Shown piece by piece: positions 28,888 to 38,193 of a DNA stretch of 64,000 nucleotides. The notes beneath the pieces were generated by a model. It ran no database searches and was not told where the DNA came from. It saw only the letters and a program-made list of their open reading frames with translations. Made by a program: the position numbers and the translations under genes. Source of the DNA: a phage; NCBI GenBank assembly GCA_032986305.1, contig GCA_032986305.1_3672.1. One strand, given 5' to 3'. The stretch's first letter is position 1, and each line of letters starts with the position of its first letter.

Positions 28888-29412
28888 ATGCTTCTTATTA
28901 ACTGGGAAGACCTCTATGGGGACAAAGACCCTGTTGCGTTTGTTGATCGTAGATGGAGATATACTGAAGAACAACTGGCTGCAAAAAATTTAACTGCGAA
29001 ACGCAGAAAGATCATCCAGTGCAAGTATAAATACGCACAGTTTGCTGCAAAAGTGTCTCCACAAATCGAGAGCTTTGTGCTTAAATTGTATGACGAGTAC
29101 CTCAAATTCAGATTGGATTTTGTACAGGTATACCGTACACAGTTGCGCCCAGATACTAGCATTTGTAGATGGAAGGTTGTTTGTGACGGTAAAGATTTGC
29201 CGCTCAGCTTGACAATTGAGCAGCGTTGTGGGTATCATGAGTGCGGTCTGTATGAGACTTGGGATGTCATTGTAGATCCTGCTAAGTACCTGAACACGGA
29301 GGAGCTGGAATATATCAATAAGGTTATTCTAGATATGTTTTTCAGCTACACCTGTGAAAACTCCAAGAAAGAACGGGATACTTTTCTTGACACCATAAGC
29401 AACCATCTGTAG
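28888..29412 (+). CDS. hypothetical protein
   Basis: ATG after RBS GGAGGAG. Confidence 0.4.
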   Translation: MLLINWEDLYGDKDPVAFVDRRWRYTEEQLAAKNLTAKRRKIIQCKYKYAQFAAKVSPQIESFVLKLYDEYLKFRLDFVQVYRTQLRPDTSICRWKVVCDGKDLPLSLTIEQRCGYHECGLYETWDVIVDPAKYLNTEELEYINKVILDMFFSYTCENSKKERDTFLDTISNHL

Positions 29413-29442
29413 TATACAATTTAACCTACAAAGGGAGGGCTA

Positions 29443-29679
29443 ATGAGTATAAATGTTGTGTTAATAGGTTACCTGGTAATATCCGTTATAACAGCGGTAT
29501 TCTTGACAGGTATATGCATCGTGTCCAGACGAAGGGTGAAGTTTGATGATTTTATCACCATCATCACTGCTGCACCTTTTTGGCCTGTTGTTATCTTCAT
29601 AGTGATAATGTGTCTGGTTGATTACTACAAGAATATCCGTAAGGAGAAAAAGGAGAGTAGAGATGGATACCGCACCTAA
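29443..29679 (+). CDS. small membrane protein
   Basis: Two hydrophobic helices, basic C-terminus. Confidence 0.4.
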   Translation: MSINVVLIGYLVISVITAVFLTGICIVSRRRVKFDDFITIITAAPFWPVVIFIVIMCLVDYYKNIRKEKKESRDGYRT

Positions 29680-29815
29680 AACTATCTATGCTGTTCTTAA
29701 AGAGATTGCGTTCTACGCAGATCTTAGCAAGGCACCTTTATGGGAAAAGAGCATGTATTTAAAATGGTGCGTTAATTTAGGGAGACCTTCTAGTGTTTCA
29801 AGCCATGTTTATTGA
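29663..29815 (+). CDS. hypothetical protein
   Basis: ATG after RBS AGGAGAG. Confidence 0.3.
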   Translation: MDTAPKTIYAVLKEIAFYADLSKAPLWEKSMYLKWCVNLGRPSSVSSHVY

Positions 29816-29898
29816 GATGCTATCCGGGGTATTGTTACTGGTAGCCATCTTAGGTGGTGCAGTTCTGATGTATAACTATCTTGAAAAAGGAGACAGCA

Positions 29899-30084
29899 AT
29901 GGTAAAAAATAAATCTTTAGAGCAGGCTGAAAACCTTCTCCACGAGCTGGTAAAGGAGTGGAAAGTTGAATACTCAGATTTTAATGCACGAGAGGGTGAA
30001 GATTATTGGCCTACGGAGCGCTCAGAGGGAGAGTGGTATCAAGATTTTATAGAATGGCTATATCAGACGTGTGATGAGGGGTGA
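29899..30084 (+). CDS. hypothetical protein
   Basis: ATG after RBS AAAGGAGA. Confidence 0.4.
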   Translation: MVKNKSLEQAENLLHELVKEWKVEYSDFNAREGEDYWPTERSEGEWYQDFIEWLYQTCDEG

Positions 30085-30086
30085 CG

Positions 30087-30542
30087 ATGTTTGTTAAATA
30101 TGTAAAAACGTGCCTCAACAATCTTGGTAGAGAGCATTGGTACACCTTGCTTGAAAAAGGAGAAATTTTAACAAAATCTGGAAAGATAACTTTGATACCC
30201 TTGGACGATAAAGATCCGTCACTACTTATCATAGATGATTACGTTACAGGTGTGTCGTACGAGGTCTCTGTGGAGAGGTTAATACGTAGATCTGGAGGTC
30301 CTTATGACCGAAGAGAGTATGTTTTCGATTCTGTTACAGAGAAGGAAGATCCGTCTCTAATGTTTAGGATGGTAATCAGGGATATGAAATCATCTATAAA
30401 TAGGATCGTAAAGGACATTAAGGAGCCTTTTAGGGTAAAAGTTAAGAAGTTTTTTGATTCTAAGATTAACATACTTGCCGTTGTGCTAGGCGTAATTCAA
30501 CTTCTGTTAATTTTGCACTATCTTGAACTGTTGTTTAAGTAG
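30087..30542 (+). CDS. hypothetical protein with C-terminal TM helix
   Basis: 151 aa; C-terminal ILAVVLGVIQLLLIL. Confidence 0.4.
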   Translation: MFVKYVKTCLNNLGREHWYTLLEKGEILTKSGKITLIPLDDKDPSLLIIDDYVTGVSYEVSVERLIRRSGGPYDRREYVFDSVTEKEDPSLMFRMVIRDMKSSINRIVKDIKEPFRVKVKKFFDSKINILAVVLGVIQLLLILHYLELLFK

Positions 30543-30602
30543 CGTGCAATAAGGCACAAAGGATGTGCCATAATTAAATAGGTTAAGAAAGAGGTAGAGA
30601 GA

Positions 30603-30968
30603 ATGACAAATATTAAATCGATATTAAAATGGGTAGCTGCTATGGGGCTGGTAACCGTCGTGGCTTTTATAGGGTACTGGGTTTGGGAAACTGAATTAAA
30701 AGATATCGGATATACCAGTCTTGAGAGCAAGGCGTGTATTGGCATAACCGATGCATTCAGGCAAAATGCCATGGATCACGAATGTGTCGATGCAGATATA
30801 GATGAGAAACTGTCTAAGGACAAAGATTTTTACCATGGTCATGCCTTGCTTGATAGTGGTGACACTGTAGAATTCTGGTCGTGGTTCCGTGAAGATGGAA
30901 CAATAAAGACAGCAGTAAAGATTTCCAACAAAGAGTTAATGCTGTTGCAGCAGAAGGAGGTGCAATGA
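30603..30968 (+). CDS. hypothetical protein with N-terminal signal anchor
   Basis: RBS GAGGTAGAGAG; hydrophobic N-terminus. Confidence 0.45.
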   Translation: MTNIKSILKWVAAMGLVTVVAFIGYWVWETELKDIGYTSLESKACIGITDAFRQNAMDHECVDADIDEKLSKDKDFYHGHALLDSGDTVEFWSWFREDGTIKTAVKISNKELMLLQQKEVQ

Positions 30969-31252
30969 TTTGGATATCCTACACTGATGGCACCATGCTG
31001 TATACTGCAGGTACTAGGTATGAAGTCCAGGAGGACGATAAAAAATTTATCGTAAAAACATTTGACAAGGACGACAACCTTTTGTTAGAATTGACTTACA
31101 AGGTTGGGGAGGTATCTAGCATCCAATTGGATTGCGGTCATAAAGATAACCCGCTCAAGAAACCTGGGGTAGGTAAAGCTTCAGAAGAACGCCTGTCTCG
31201 TATTGCAGAAAGCGTTTCTGCACAAAAATCTAAGAAGGGGACTAGAAAATGA
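30965..31252 (+). CDS. hypothetical protein
   Basis: ATGA overlap, 95 aa. Confidence 0.4.
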   Translation: MIWISYTDGTMLYTAGTRYEVQEDDKKFIVKTFDKDDNLLLELTYKVGEVSSIQLDCGHKDNPLKKPGVGKASEERLSRIAESVSAQKSKKGTRK

Positions 31253-31443
31253 AAAACTTACGTTTTAACACTTATTACTACAACACTTTGAATGATTTGT
31301 ATTATATTATTCGAAGTAAAAGTCCTGAAACAGTCCTATTCTGCCGCGAACCTTTCAAAGGAGAGGAAGTAGAGTCTGAGATGAATGTTAGCCATATTAC
31401 CTCTTTGTTGCTCTCAGGTGCAATGGAAGAAGCAATATTCTAA
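31249..31443 (+). CDS. hypothetical protein
   Basis: ATGA overlap, 64 aa. Confidence 0.35.
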   Translation: MKNLRFNTYYYNTLNDLYYIIRSKSPETVLFCREPFKGEEVESEMNVSHITSLLLSGAMEEAIF

Positions 31444-31460
31444 ACCGGGCGGGAGGGTTT

Positions 31461-31646
31461 ATGAAGCACTATTGCCTGTTTGGTAGGATGGGTGTAGAGT
31501 GTGATTGGGTTTTCTTAAAACTTGTCAGCATCCGAGAGTCAATCCCAGAGGAAGAGCAAGAAAGTGAGCTGATGTCATGGATCAACTATTACGGCAACAC
31601 TTTCCGGTATGTCAAAATGGAAGGGCTGCCAAGCGAGGATGATTGA
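31461..31646 (+). CDS. hypothetical protein
   Basis: 61 aa after RBS GGGAGGG. Confidence 0.35.
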   Translation: MKHYCLFGRMGVECDWVFLKLVSIRESIPEEEQESELMSWINYYGNTFRYVKMEGLPSEDD

Positions 31647-31741
31647 TTATGATTGCATCAATATTAACGTTTATGGGTGGCGTGGCAGTCGGATTCATTA
31701 TTTGCCTGTTTATAGTGATTATGTCTATGCGAGGCTGACTT

Positions 31742-32026
31742 ATGAAACTGTTCGAGTGGTTTAAAAAGTTTAAATATCGGGCCGTTGCTGTATCGAAATG
31801 GACCGTCCGCTGGGTGGACAATGATGGAACACAAATTCCCGGTGATCAGGATACCGGATACTGGGTTATGATGGAGAACGGATTTGGGAAAAGGAAGTTT
31901 AAATGTGTTGGTGCTCCTACTCTTTTAAATGTTAGAAGTGTGCCAGGGTACAGCACTATGGTTGTTTGGGAGCTATCCGGTGTTCCTCCTGCCAATGTGC
32001 AATATCTGCCAAACCCAGAAAAATAA
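31742..32026 (+). CDS. hypothetical protein
   Basis: 94 aa ORF. Confidence 0.4.
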   Translation: MKLFEWFKKFKYRAVAVSKWTVRWVDNDGTQIPGDQDTGYWVMMENGFGKRKFKCVGAPTLLNVRSVPGYSTMVVWELSGVPPANVQYLPNPEK

Positions 32027-32038
32027 AAGGAGAAGATA

Positions 32039-32323
32039 ATGAGCAATGGTGTTAGCAATAGTGCTGCAGAGTTTAAAGTGATCTGTGAAGGAACTTATTG
32101 GATAGTGAAACAGAAAGTGTACCTATTCGGTTTCATACCGTTTTGGCAGAGATTTTGCTGGGGAGCTAACGAGCTTAAAAGATACGCCACCAAGTCTATG
32201 GCACTTATTGGTATAGCTGAATACATTGCTGCCAGAGACAGAGAGGGGAAAACTTGTTACTACACTGCTGACGAGATTCGTAACAGTGTTTACGTTCCAC
32301 AGCCGCCCGATGGAGACCGCTGA
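32039..32323 (+). CDS. hypothetical protein
   Basis: RBS AAGGAGAAG; 94 aa. Confidence 0.4.
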   Translation: MSNGVSNSAAEFKVICEGTYWIVKQKVYLFGFIPFWQRFCWGANELKRYATKSMALIGIAEYIAARDREGKTCYYTADEIRNSVYVPQPPDGDR

Positions 32324-32547
32324 TGAAAGTGAAAGTTTTAGATTCAAACTTCTATATTGGTCAAGAGCCTTTAGTTGGAAAAGTGTTTACCGCTATCCCT
32401 AACGAAGATTATCCTGACCTTTTAAAAATAAAAGGGGCAGATCTTATTGCCGCTGGCGCGTCTCAGGAATGCTTTGACAGTCAGTGGGCCTACAACTTTG
32501 CCCTAGGGGAGGATGTGGAGATAGTGGAGGACGATTATGAAGGTTAA
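32323..32547 (+). CDS. hypothetical protein (MKVK paralog)
   Basis: MKVKVLDSNFYIGQ...DLIAAGASQ; paralog of 32537 gene. Confidence 0.5.
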   Translation: MKVKVLDSNFYIGQEPLVGKVFTAIPNEDYPDLLKIKGADLIAAGASQECFDSQWAYNFALGEDVEIVEDDYEG

Positions 32548-32791
32548 AATTCTTGACTCTAACGTCTACTTGGGACAATCATTCCTGAAGGGAAAGGTAG
32601 TACCTGCTGTATACTTCGAAGGGTTGCCGTGGGATGATCCTGTGCGGCAAAATCACAGCTATGTAGGCCACAATGTGGTGTTCATTTTGGGATCAGACCT
32701 GATCGCGGCTGGTGCTCCGGAATATTATTTCGGAGAGGACTCGTATTATGCCTTTGGGGTAGGGTCAGATGCAGATATTTTAGAGCCGTGA
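32537..32791 (+). CDS. hypothetical protein (MKVK paralog)
   Basis: MKVKILDSNVYLGQ...DLIAAGAPE; tandem paralog. Confidence 0.5.
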   Translation: MKVKILDSNVYLGQSFLKGKVVPAVYFEGLPWDDPVRQNHSYVGHNVVFILGSDLIAAGAPEYYFGEDSYYAFGVGSDADILEP

Positions 32792-33202
32792 TTGGGGACT
32801 GTTGTGAAAAATAAACTGTTCAAAGTTACAATGAAAATTCGCGGAGCTTGGAGCGTAAAGCAAGGGCGTATCCCAGAGTTTGAGAAAGACTTCTACGTAG
32901 TCTCCACCTCTAAAGAGGCTGCATGCTGGCAGGCTGGATATGCCTATGCAAGAACCTGGTACGAAGGATACCAGACTGGAGGCTATGACGGAGAAATTGT
33001 CAGCAAGGGTGTGGAAGAAATTAATGTGTTGACAAGTGAAAAAGTTTTTGTTATAGTGCATCCTGATTCCAGAGTGAAGCATTACTGGAATGCCAGAACA
33101 AAAACTTGGACACCGTTTGCAGATTCTGCTACACCACTTTTAAACCAAAAAGCTCTTGACTCTGCCCCGAGCTATGGGGTTGTTGAAGAAAAGCTAGACT
33201 GA
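32792..33202 (+). CDS. hypothetical protein (paralog of 35012 gene)
   Basis: Shares VxHPxSxxxYW...WTP C-terminal motif with 35012..35407; start uncertain (TTG/GTG/ATG). Confidence 0.4.
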   Translation: MGTVVKNKLFKVTMKIRGAWSVKQGRIPEFEKDFYVVSTSKEAACWQAGYAYARTWYEGYQTGGYDGEIVSKGVEEINVLTSEKVFVIVHPDSRVKHYWNARTKTWTPFADSATPLLNQKALDSAPSYGVVEEKLD

Positions 33203-33219
33203 AACAGTGAGGTGCCACT

Positions 33220-33510
33220 ATGATGGATTTAGTTCTGAATATTGATAACGCAGGAGAGGTTAAAGACGATGGTGTAACAAGCATGGACCAACCATGCCCT
33301 GCCAAGATTGACTCAAAATGGACATATAAGTTTGACGGAGAGATCTTTGCAAATGATGAAAAGGTTGTAGATGCTGCAGCCATTTTGAACGCTCTAGGGT
33401 ACGACCCTGTGAATTCTTTGATCAAGGATCCTGTTGAGTTTGCAGAGTATGTTCGAAAAATGGCAGATCTTGCTGTAGATATTTTAGATACTATCGACAA
33501 CAATCTGTAA
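33220..33510 (+). CDS. hypothetical acidic protein
   Basis: 96 aa after RBS GAGGTG. Confidence 0.4.
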   Translation: MMDLVLNIDNAGEVKDDGVTSMDQPCPAKIDSKWTYKFDGEIFANDEKVVDAAAILNALGYDPVNSLIKDPVEFAEYVRKMADLAVDILDTIDNNL

Positions 33511-33516
33511 AAACTG

Positions 33517-33545
33517 TTGACACAACGCTTCAGCTATAGTATTAT
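33517..33545 (+). promoter_or_regulatory. sigma70-like promoter upstream of HPF homolog
   Basis: TTGACA - 17 nt - TATTAT. Confidence 0.5.
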
Positions 33546-33592
33546 TGTTTTCAAAGAGGGTTTGGTTCCCTCTTCTTTAAAAGGAGCACGTT

Positions 33593-33910
33593 ATGCAAAT
33601 TGAAATCACTGGCAACGTAGAAATCACTGAAGGCATGGTGTCTTTCATTTCCCACAAAATGTCAAAACTGGAGCGTCTACATCCTTCTGTAAATCATGCA
33701 CGTGTAAGTGTAAAAGTTGAAAATGACCACCAGGAAGTTATGGCGTTCATTTTTGACAATTCTGGAAAAGAAGTTATTGCCAAAGCTAAAGGTAGTGATG
33801 CTTACGAGGCAACTGACCGTATGGTAGATGTTGCAGCACGTCAGCTGGCTAAGTGCGGTGGAAAGAAAGGTAAGGGGAAAGGCAAAGTAAAGATTGACTT
33901 TGGAGAATGA
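33593..33910 (+). CDS. ribosome hibernation promoting factor homolog (HPF/RaiA, S30AE family)
   Basis: MQIEITGNVEITEGM...KLERL...VSVKVE...GSDAYEATDRMVDVAARQLAK aligns along length with recalled E. coli HPF. Confidence 0.7.
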   Translation: MQIEITGNVEITEGMVSFISHKMSKLERLHPSVNHARVSVKVENDHQEVMAFIFDNSGKEVIAKAKGSDAYEATDRMVDVAARQLAKCGGKKGKGKGKVKIDFGE

Positions 33911-34047
33911 GGTGCTATAATGGGAGTGATTAAGAAATTAGTCCCAAATGTAGAGATTGCATGCTTTGAAATTATGTTTGCAATCGCAGTTGTAGTTAAT
34001 GTGTTAGGTTACGGCTATTAATATCAAATAATTGAGGAGACCTCTAA

Positions 34048-34317
34048 ATGAAAATTAAATTATTCAAAACTGAGCTGGCAGACAAAAACTGTGGACTGGT
34101 TGAAGGCATGATTGTTGAAGCACAACCAGTGGACTATATGAAGGTGGTTCGTGATGCACTGGGTGAAGGCTTTGATCTGATGGAGCCAGCTCTGCGAGAA
34201 GATGTTATCGAGATGGCTAAAAAGCACACACCTGAAGGCTTGGTGGTGTTTGTTGCACCAGGTAACGGAGAAGAGTTGATTGTAACTCCTGATGTGTATG
34301 AGATTGTAGAAGGGTAA
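34048..34317 (+). CDS. hypothetical protein (small paralog family)
   Basis: MKIKLFKTEL..., RBS GAGGAGA. Confidence 0.45.
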   Translation: MKIKLFKTELADKNCGLVEGMIVEAQPVDYMKVVRDALGEGFDLMEPALREDVIEMAKKHTPEGLVVFVAPGNGEELIVTPDVYEIVEG

Positions 34318-34411
34318 TCCTGCTTGGATTAGCATACTCCCTCAATAAAAAGAAAAGTTTGTAATTATTTGTGGGAAAGGAATCCCCATCTCTTGCCAGA
34401 GGTGATACTAT

Positions 34412-34675
34412 ATGATTGTTTATTTTAAAACTTCAGGTGGATACCCTGATTCTCAAAGCTTGATCGGAAAAACGTGCACAGCATACTCACCTCTTGATGA
34501 GGAGGTAAGCGATATCCTACGAGATATGTATCGGATTGATCCCCAAGAAGCTTTTGATCAAAACCTTGTATTTGTCAAGGGCTCAGACATGAAGTCTTTG
34601 GGAGCATTTCCTGAAGCAGATGATGATGCCGTTTATTCGTTCATGACCCCTTTTGAAGCTATGGTTGTTGGGTGA
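34412..34675 (+). CDS. hypothetical protein (small paralog family)
   Basis: 87 aa, acidic. Confidence 0.4.
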   Translation: MIVYFKTSGGYPDSQSLIGKTCTAYSPLDEEVSDILRDMYRIDPQEAFDQNLVFVKGSDMKSLGAFPEADDDAVYSFMTPFEAMVVG

Positions 34676-34679
34676 GAAT

Positions 34680-35012
34680 ATGAAAGTACGATTTATTGGT
34701 GAAACAATTCCTGTGCATCTCCGGTCTCCTGAAGATTCTGCAGATCTTGCATCTCAGAAGGCGAGAGGTTATGATAAGAAAGTAATCTCAACCGATGTAG
34801 AACTTGAGGCTACTAGTTTACCTGACCCTGCTGCATTCTTTAATCATTATGGATACTATTTCAGCAATCTTATGAATATCGGTGAGCTTGTGTTTATTAG
34901 TGGTGGAGAAATTGTTAGCAAGCTTGGCGGCGATCCGGATATCTTTCATGAAACCTGTCCTTTTGCATTTGTGGTGGGTTCAGATGTGGAAGTTATTGAG
35001 GAGGTGCGGTAA
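34680..35012 (+). CDS. hypothetical protein (small paralog family)
   Basis: MKVRFIGET...; ends ATGA-type overlap at 35012. Confidence 0.4.
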   Translation: MKVRFIGETIPVHLRSPEDSADLASQKARGYDKKVISTDVELEATSLPDPAAFFNHYGYYFSNLMNIGELVFISGGEIVSKLGGDPDIFHETCPFAFVVGSDVEVIEEVR

Positions 35013-35407
35013 TGGTAAGCCTATACCGTGTTGAGTATAGCTCAGATACTGTATACAACGTAAGAAGCAAAGATCGCAGCGACAGAGTGCAAGAAATGTA
35101 TGTTCTTGCCGACAGTCCGTTATCTGCAGCGTTCAAGGCAGGGGCTCTTGCATCTCGTTGGAAATTTGAAGGCGGATCTTTCTATGAAGAAACCCTTGAA
35201 GATTCTGTTGTTATTTCTTCTGTAGAGGTTTCAGATGACTACGAAGGGAAAAAGTTCGTAATGCGGCACCCACACAGCAACATTGCGTACTACTGGGATG
35301 TTCTGAACAACGAGTGGACCCCAGATCTTCAGAAGGCTACTGTGCTAACACCGTTTTTGGCAGATAAGTTTCCACCAGAAGGTAATTTATCCGCACTGTT
35401 TCAGTAA
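35012..35407 (+). CDS. hypothetical protein (paralog of 32792 gene)
   Basis: MRHPHSNIAYYWDVLNNEWTP matches VIVHPDSRVKHYWNARTKTWTP. Confidence 0.45.
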   Translation: MVSLYRVEYSSDTVYNVRSKDRSDRVQEMYVLADSPLSAAFKAGALASRWKFEGGSFYEETLEDSVVISSVEVSDDYEGKKFVMRHPHSNIAYYWDVLNNEWTPDLQKATVLTPFLADKFPPEGNLSALFQ

Positions 35408-35425
35408 TTTTCTTGCACACAGGTG

Positions 35426-35454
35426 TTGACAACGCCAACCCTGTGTGAAATAAT
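35426..35454 (+). promoter_or_regulatory. sigma70-like promoter
   Basis: TTGACA - 17 nt - AATAAT. Confidence 0.4.
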
Positions 35455-35486
35455 ACCTTCATCTTAACAAGACAGGAGACCGATTG

Positions 35487-35744
35487 ATGAAGATTAAATT
35501 GAAAAACCTTGAAACGGCAGAGATTCAGGACGGTGTGGATTTCCGTTCTAAAGATGGTGACATCTTAGAGGTAAATATTCCAACCTACGAGCTGATCAAA
35601 GGTTTTGGCAACGTCCCCGAGGAAGGTATCGCAGACGTTCTTCTAATGTTAATCGTTAGTGGGACAGTGTTCTTGGGGGAAGGTGAGAACGCTATTGCAA
35701 TCCCAAGCCATTTTTATGAAGTAGTTGACGAAGAGGTGCTGTAA
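35487..35744 (+). CDS. hypothetical protein (small paralog family)
   Basis: MKIKLKNLE..., RBS AGGAGA. Confidence 0.45.
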   Translation: MKIKLKNLETAEIQDGVDFRSKDGDILEVNIPTYELIKGFGNVPEEGIADVLLMLIVSGTVFLGEGENAIAIPSHFYEVVDEEVL

Positions 35745-36095
35745 ATGAAAGTAGAAATTACTGGTTTTGATGTGAATGTGGTTCCGGAAGATATTTTAGC
35801 TAAACTCCCGGAAGGTTTTGGTAACGGTGTTGTGGTGGATGCTGTTCCTCCTACCAAAGACATTCTGCTGCAGTATGGTGTAGCAGAGGAAGATGTTGAT
35901 AAAGTTCTTACAATGATGGCAATCGATCGTGTTGTCGTTGTTAAGGGTCTCGATAATTTTGAGAGTGATCCCCTGATTATTCGTGGAGATGACTACAAAG
36001 TCATCGATAATGAAGGCCAAGAGTTCTATGAGCCTTGTGCAGAAGATATTCTTAACTTATTACTGGAAGCAGGCACCGAAGAGGAGGACGAATAA
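35745..36095 (+). CDS. hypothetical protein (small paralog family)
   Basis: MKVEITGFD..., acidic tail. Confidence 0.45.
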   Translation: MKVEITGFDVNVVPEDILAKLPEGFGNGVVVDAVPPTKDILLQYGVAEEDVDKVLTMMAIDRVVVVKGLDNFESDPLIIRGDDYKVIDNEGQEFYEPCAEDILNLLLEAGTEEEDE

Positions 36096-36424
36096 TGAAG
36101 ATTGACCAGTTACTGAAGGCTCGTGCAGAAAAAGCTTACACCATTAAGCTTACCAACCTGGTCCCTACTTGTCATCCGGATGTAGGTTGGCCCGAAGGTT
36201 TGGTGGAGGGAACTGTAACAGCTGCATACCTTCCTAACATCAAATACCTCATGGAGATCTTAGAGATGGATGAGGAAACTGCAGAACAGTTCCAGTTGGA
36301 TATGAAACAGAGTGGGACTCTGGTTATTCACGGGTGGTATAATACTAAAGATGCAGAAGACCCTCTGGTAACTTCTAATCTGGCATATGAAATCTTAGGG
36401 CCTTTGAACCTGGAGGAAGACTAA
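36095..36424 (+). CDS. hypothetical protein
   Basis: ATGA-coupled, 109 aa. Confidence 0.4.
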   Translation: MKIDQLLKARAEKAYTIKLTNLVPTCHPDVGWPEGLVEGTVTAAYLPNIKYLMEILEMDEETAEQFQLDMKQSGTLVIHGWYNTKDAEDPLVTSNLAYEILGPLNLEED

Positions 36425-36711
36425 TGAAAGATCTGGTTAAGATTAAGATTAAAGATACCAATGGGGAGCTCAGCCATTTTGGAATTAATGATGGTGACGA
36501 GCTGATCGCACACCTGCCTACCAAGGAGGTTGTAAGCAAAGCAGTTGCCGGAGAAGAAGCTGCAATGCAGGCTGCAGGTGTGGATGAAAACTATGTAGCT
36601 ATGTGCATGTGCCGAGATCAGGTTGTTCTGTATAAAGCGTATCGACCAAGCGGAGCCACGGAGTGGCTTGTATTCCGACCCGAAGGGTATGAAATCTTAG
36701 AGGCACTATGA
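36424..36711 (+). CDS. hypothetical protein
   Basis: 95 aa, coupled to upstream gene. Confidence 0.4.
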   Translation: MKDLVKIKIKDTNGELSHFGINDGDELIAHLPTKEVVSKAVAGEEAAMQAAGVDENYVAMCMCRDQVVLYKAYRPSGATEWLVFRPEGYEILEAL

Positions 36712-36800
36712 TAAATCTTGCCAAGGTTGCAACGGCACTGCTAATTATTTGCTGGTCAGTAACCTTAACACTGTGTCTTGTATTTCAGTGAGGTGCTTGT

Positions 36801-37064
36801 ATGAACATCCTGATGTGGGTTATAGCAGTGGCGTTTGTTGCATGTTTTTGCTGCTGGGTTGCGGTGAGGATTTCTGTAGCTACCCTTCGGAAGTTAGGGT
36901 TCTCAGAATGGGATATTAATATCCTTTCTTTTCGCAATGAGACAATATCAGCCGCCCTGCTTTGTAAGAAATTCAAGTGGGAACCTTGTGAGGTCATGAA
37001 CTATCTAAGAACTGGAGATATCCCTGAAAGATTTAAAAAAGTTCTTGACGGTAAGGATAAATGA
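36801..37064 (+). CDS. small membrane protein
   Basis: N-terminal hydrophobic helix ILMWVIAVAFVACFCCWVAV. Confidence 0.4.
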   Translation: MNILMWVIAVAFVACFCCWVAVRISVATLRKLGFSEWDINILSFRNETISAALLCKKFKWEPCEVMNYLRTGDIPERFKKVLDGKDK

Positions 37065-37219
37065 TAGTATAGTGACTAACAAGAGGTGAGGAATGACAGA
37101 TTTTACTGAAGCTTTAATGATGGCCTTGTCTGTTTTAGCGCTATCGGTGTGTTTTGGGGCGTTATTCACATCTCTGGTTAAAGTTTTACATACAGTATTA
37201 TTACCCAAGGAGCGCAGTA

Positions 37220-37471
37220 ATGACGAAGATTGACTTGAATGCTGGCGACCATGTTGTTGTCAAATGCATCGGAGATTATCTTGGATTCACAATCGGCAAT
37301 ACTTACGAGGCGGTAGTGGCGAAGGTTTATCATGATAAAGTCCTCAGTCTTGTATTTGACTGCGATGATGATGGGGATGACCGATACGTTTGTGAGGTGC
37401 TGGCACGAGACGATAGTGAAGACCAGAAATTCCTGGTTATTGAACTGAACGGTATTTTTGTAGAACGTTAA
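37220..37471 (+). CDS. hypothetical protein
   Basis: MTKIDLNAGD..., 83 aa. Confidence 0.4.
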   Translation: MTKIDLNAGDHVVVKCIGDYLGFTIGNTYEAVVAKVYHDKVLSLVFDCDDDGDDRYVCEVLARDDSEDQKFLVIELNGIFVER

Positions 37472-37499
37472 TTTAAAACAACATAAGGAGACTCTTACT

Positions 37500-37805
37500 A
37501 TGGCTAAATCTAAAGTTGAACTGTTCACCTCTCTTCCTTCTGACACTGCAGAGCGTGATCGCCTTCGCAAGACAATCGAAGAACTGGTTGAACTCCAACT
37601 TCAGATTAAAGATCTGAAAGATGCCATTAAGGATATCATTCTCGTTGAGAAGCAGGATCATCTGTATTCTCCTAAATTCATCAAATCTCTGGTGGCTACC
37701 GAGTTCGATATTCGCTATGAGGCTGAAAAACGTCGAGCTAAAATCGAAGAAGAGGTTGAGCACATGTCTGAGGCAGACATTCTGTTCAAACGCTCTGTAG
37801 AATAA
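37500..37805 (+). CDS. hypothetical coiled-coil protein
   Basis: RBS AAGGAGA; charged heptad-like sequence. Confidence 0.45.
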   Translation: MAKSKVELFTSLPSDTAERDRLRKTIEELVELQLQIKDLKDAIKDIILVEKQDHLYSPKFIKSLVATEFDIRYEAEKRRAKIEEEVEHMSEADILFKRSVE

Positions 37806-37811
37806 TGACAA

Positions 37812-37838
37812 AGAGGGGCTTTGACCCCTCTTTTTACT
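37812..37838 (+). terminator. intrinsic terminator
   Basis: AGAGGGG-ctttga-CCCCTCT then TTTTAC. Confidence 0.55.
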
Positions 37839-37858
37839 ATCTATGAAGGAGATTTGAG

Positions 37859-38185
37859 ATGGGTATACCGGTCACTGTAAAAGAATTGAATGAACGTGAT
37901 GCAGGTGGTCTATGGCCTGCACGAAAAATACGCTGCGTCTACATGAAAGAGAACCTTGAACATCTTGATCAACAGATCAAGGTCGGTGATATTTTCGAGG
38001 TCTTCTATTCCAATCGTCGCAACTGGGAAACCATTCAGCCTTCTGGTTTTGTTCTTGCCAAACTTGACACTGGAGAAGTGATTATTCCAGGGTTGGATAT
38101 TGTCTTCGAAATTATCCAGGAGTGGGATCCGGATAAGATTAGATACGAAGAGTTATTCGGTAAAGGTATTATCAAACCTGTGTGA
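37859..38185 (+). CDS. hypothetical protein
   Basis: RBS GGAGA; 108 aa. Confidence 0.4.
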   Translation: MGIPVTVKELNERDAGGLWPARKIRCVYMKENLEHLDQQIKVGDIFEVFYSNRRNWETIQPSGFVLAKLDTGEVIIPGLDIVFEIIQEWDPDKIRYEELFGKGIIKPV

Positions 38186-38193
38186 GGTGGATT

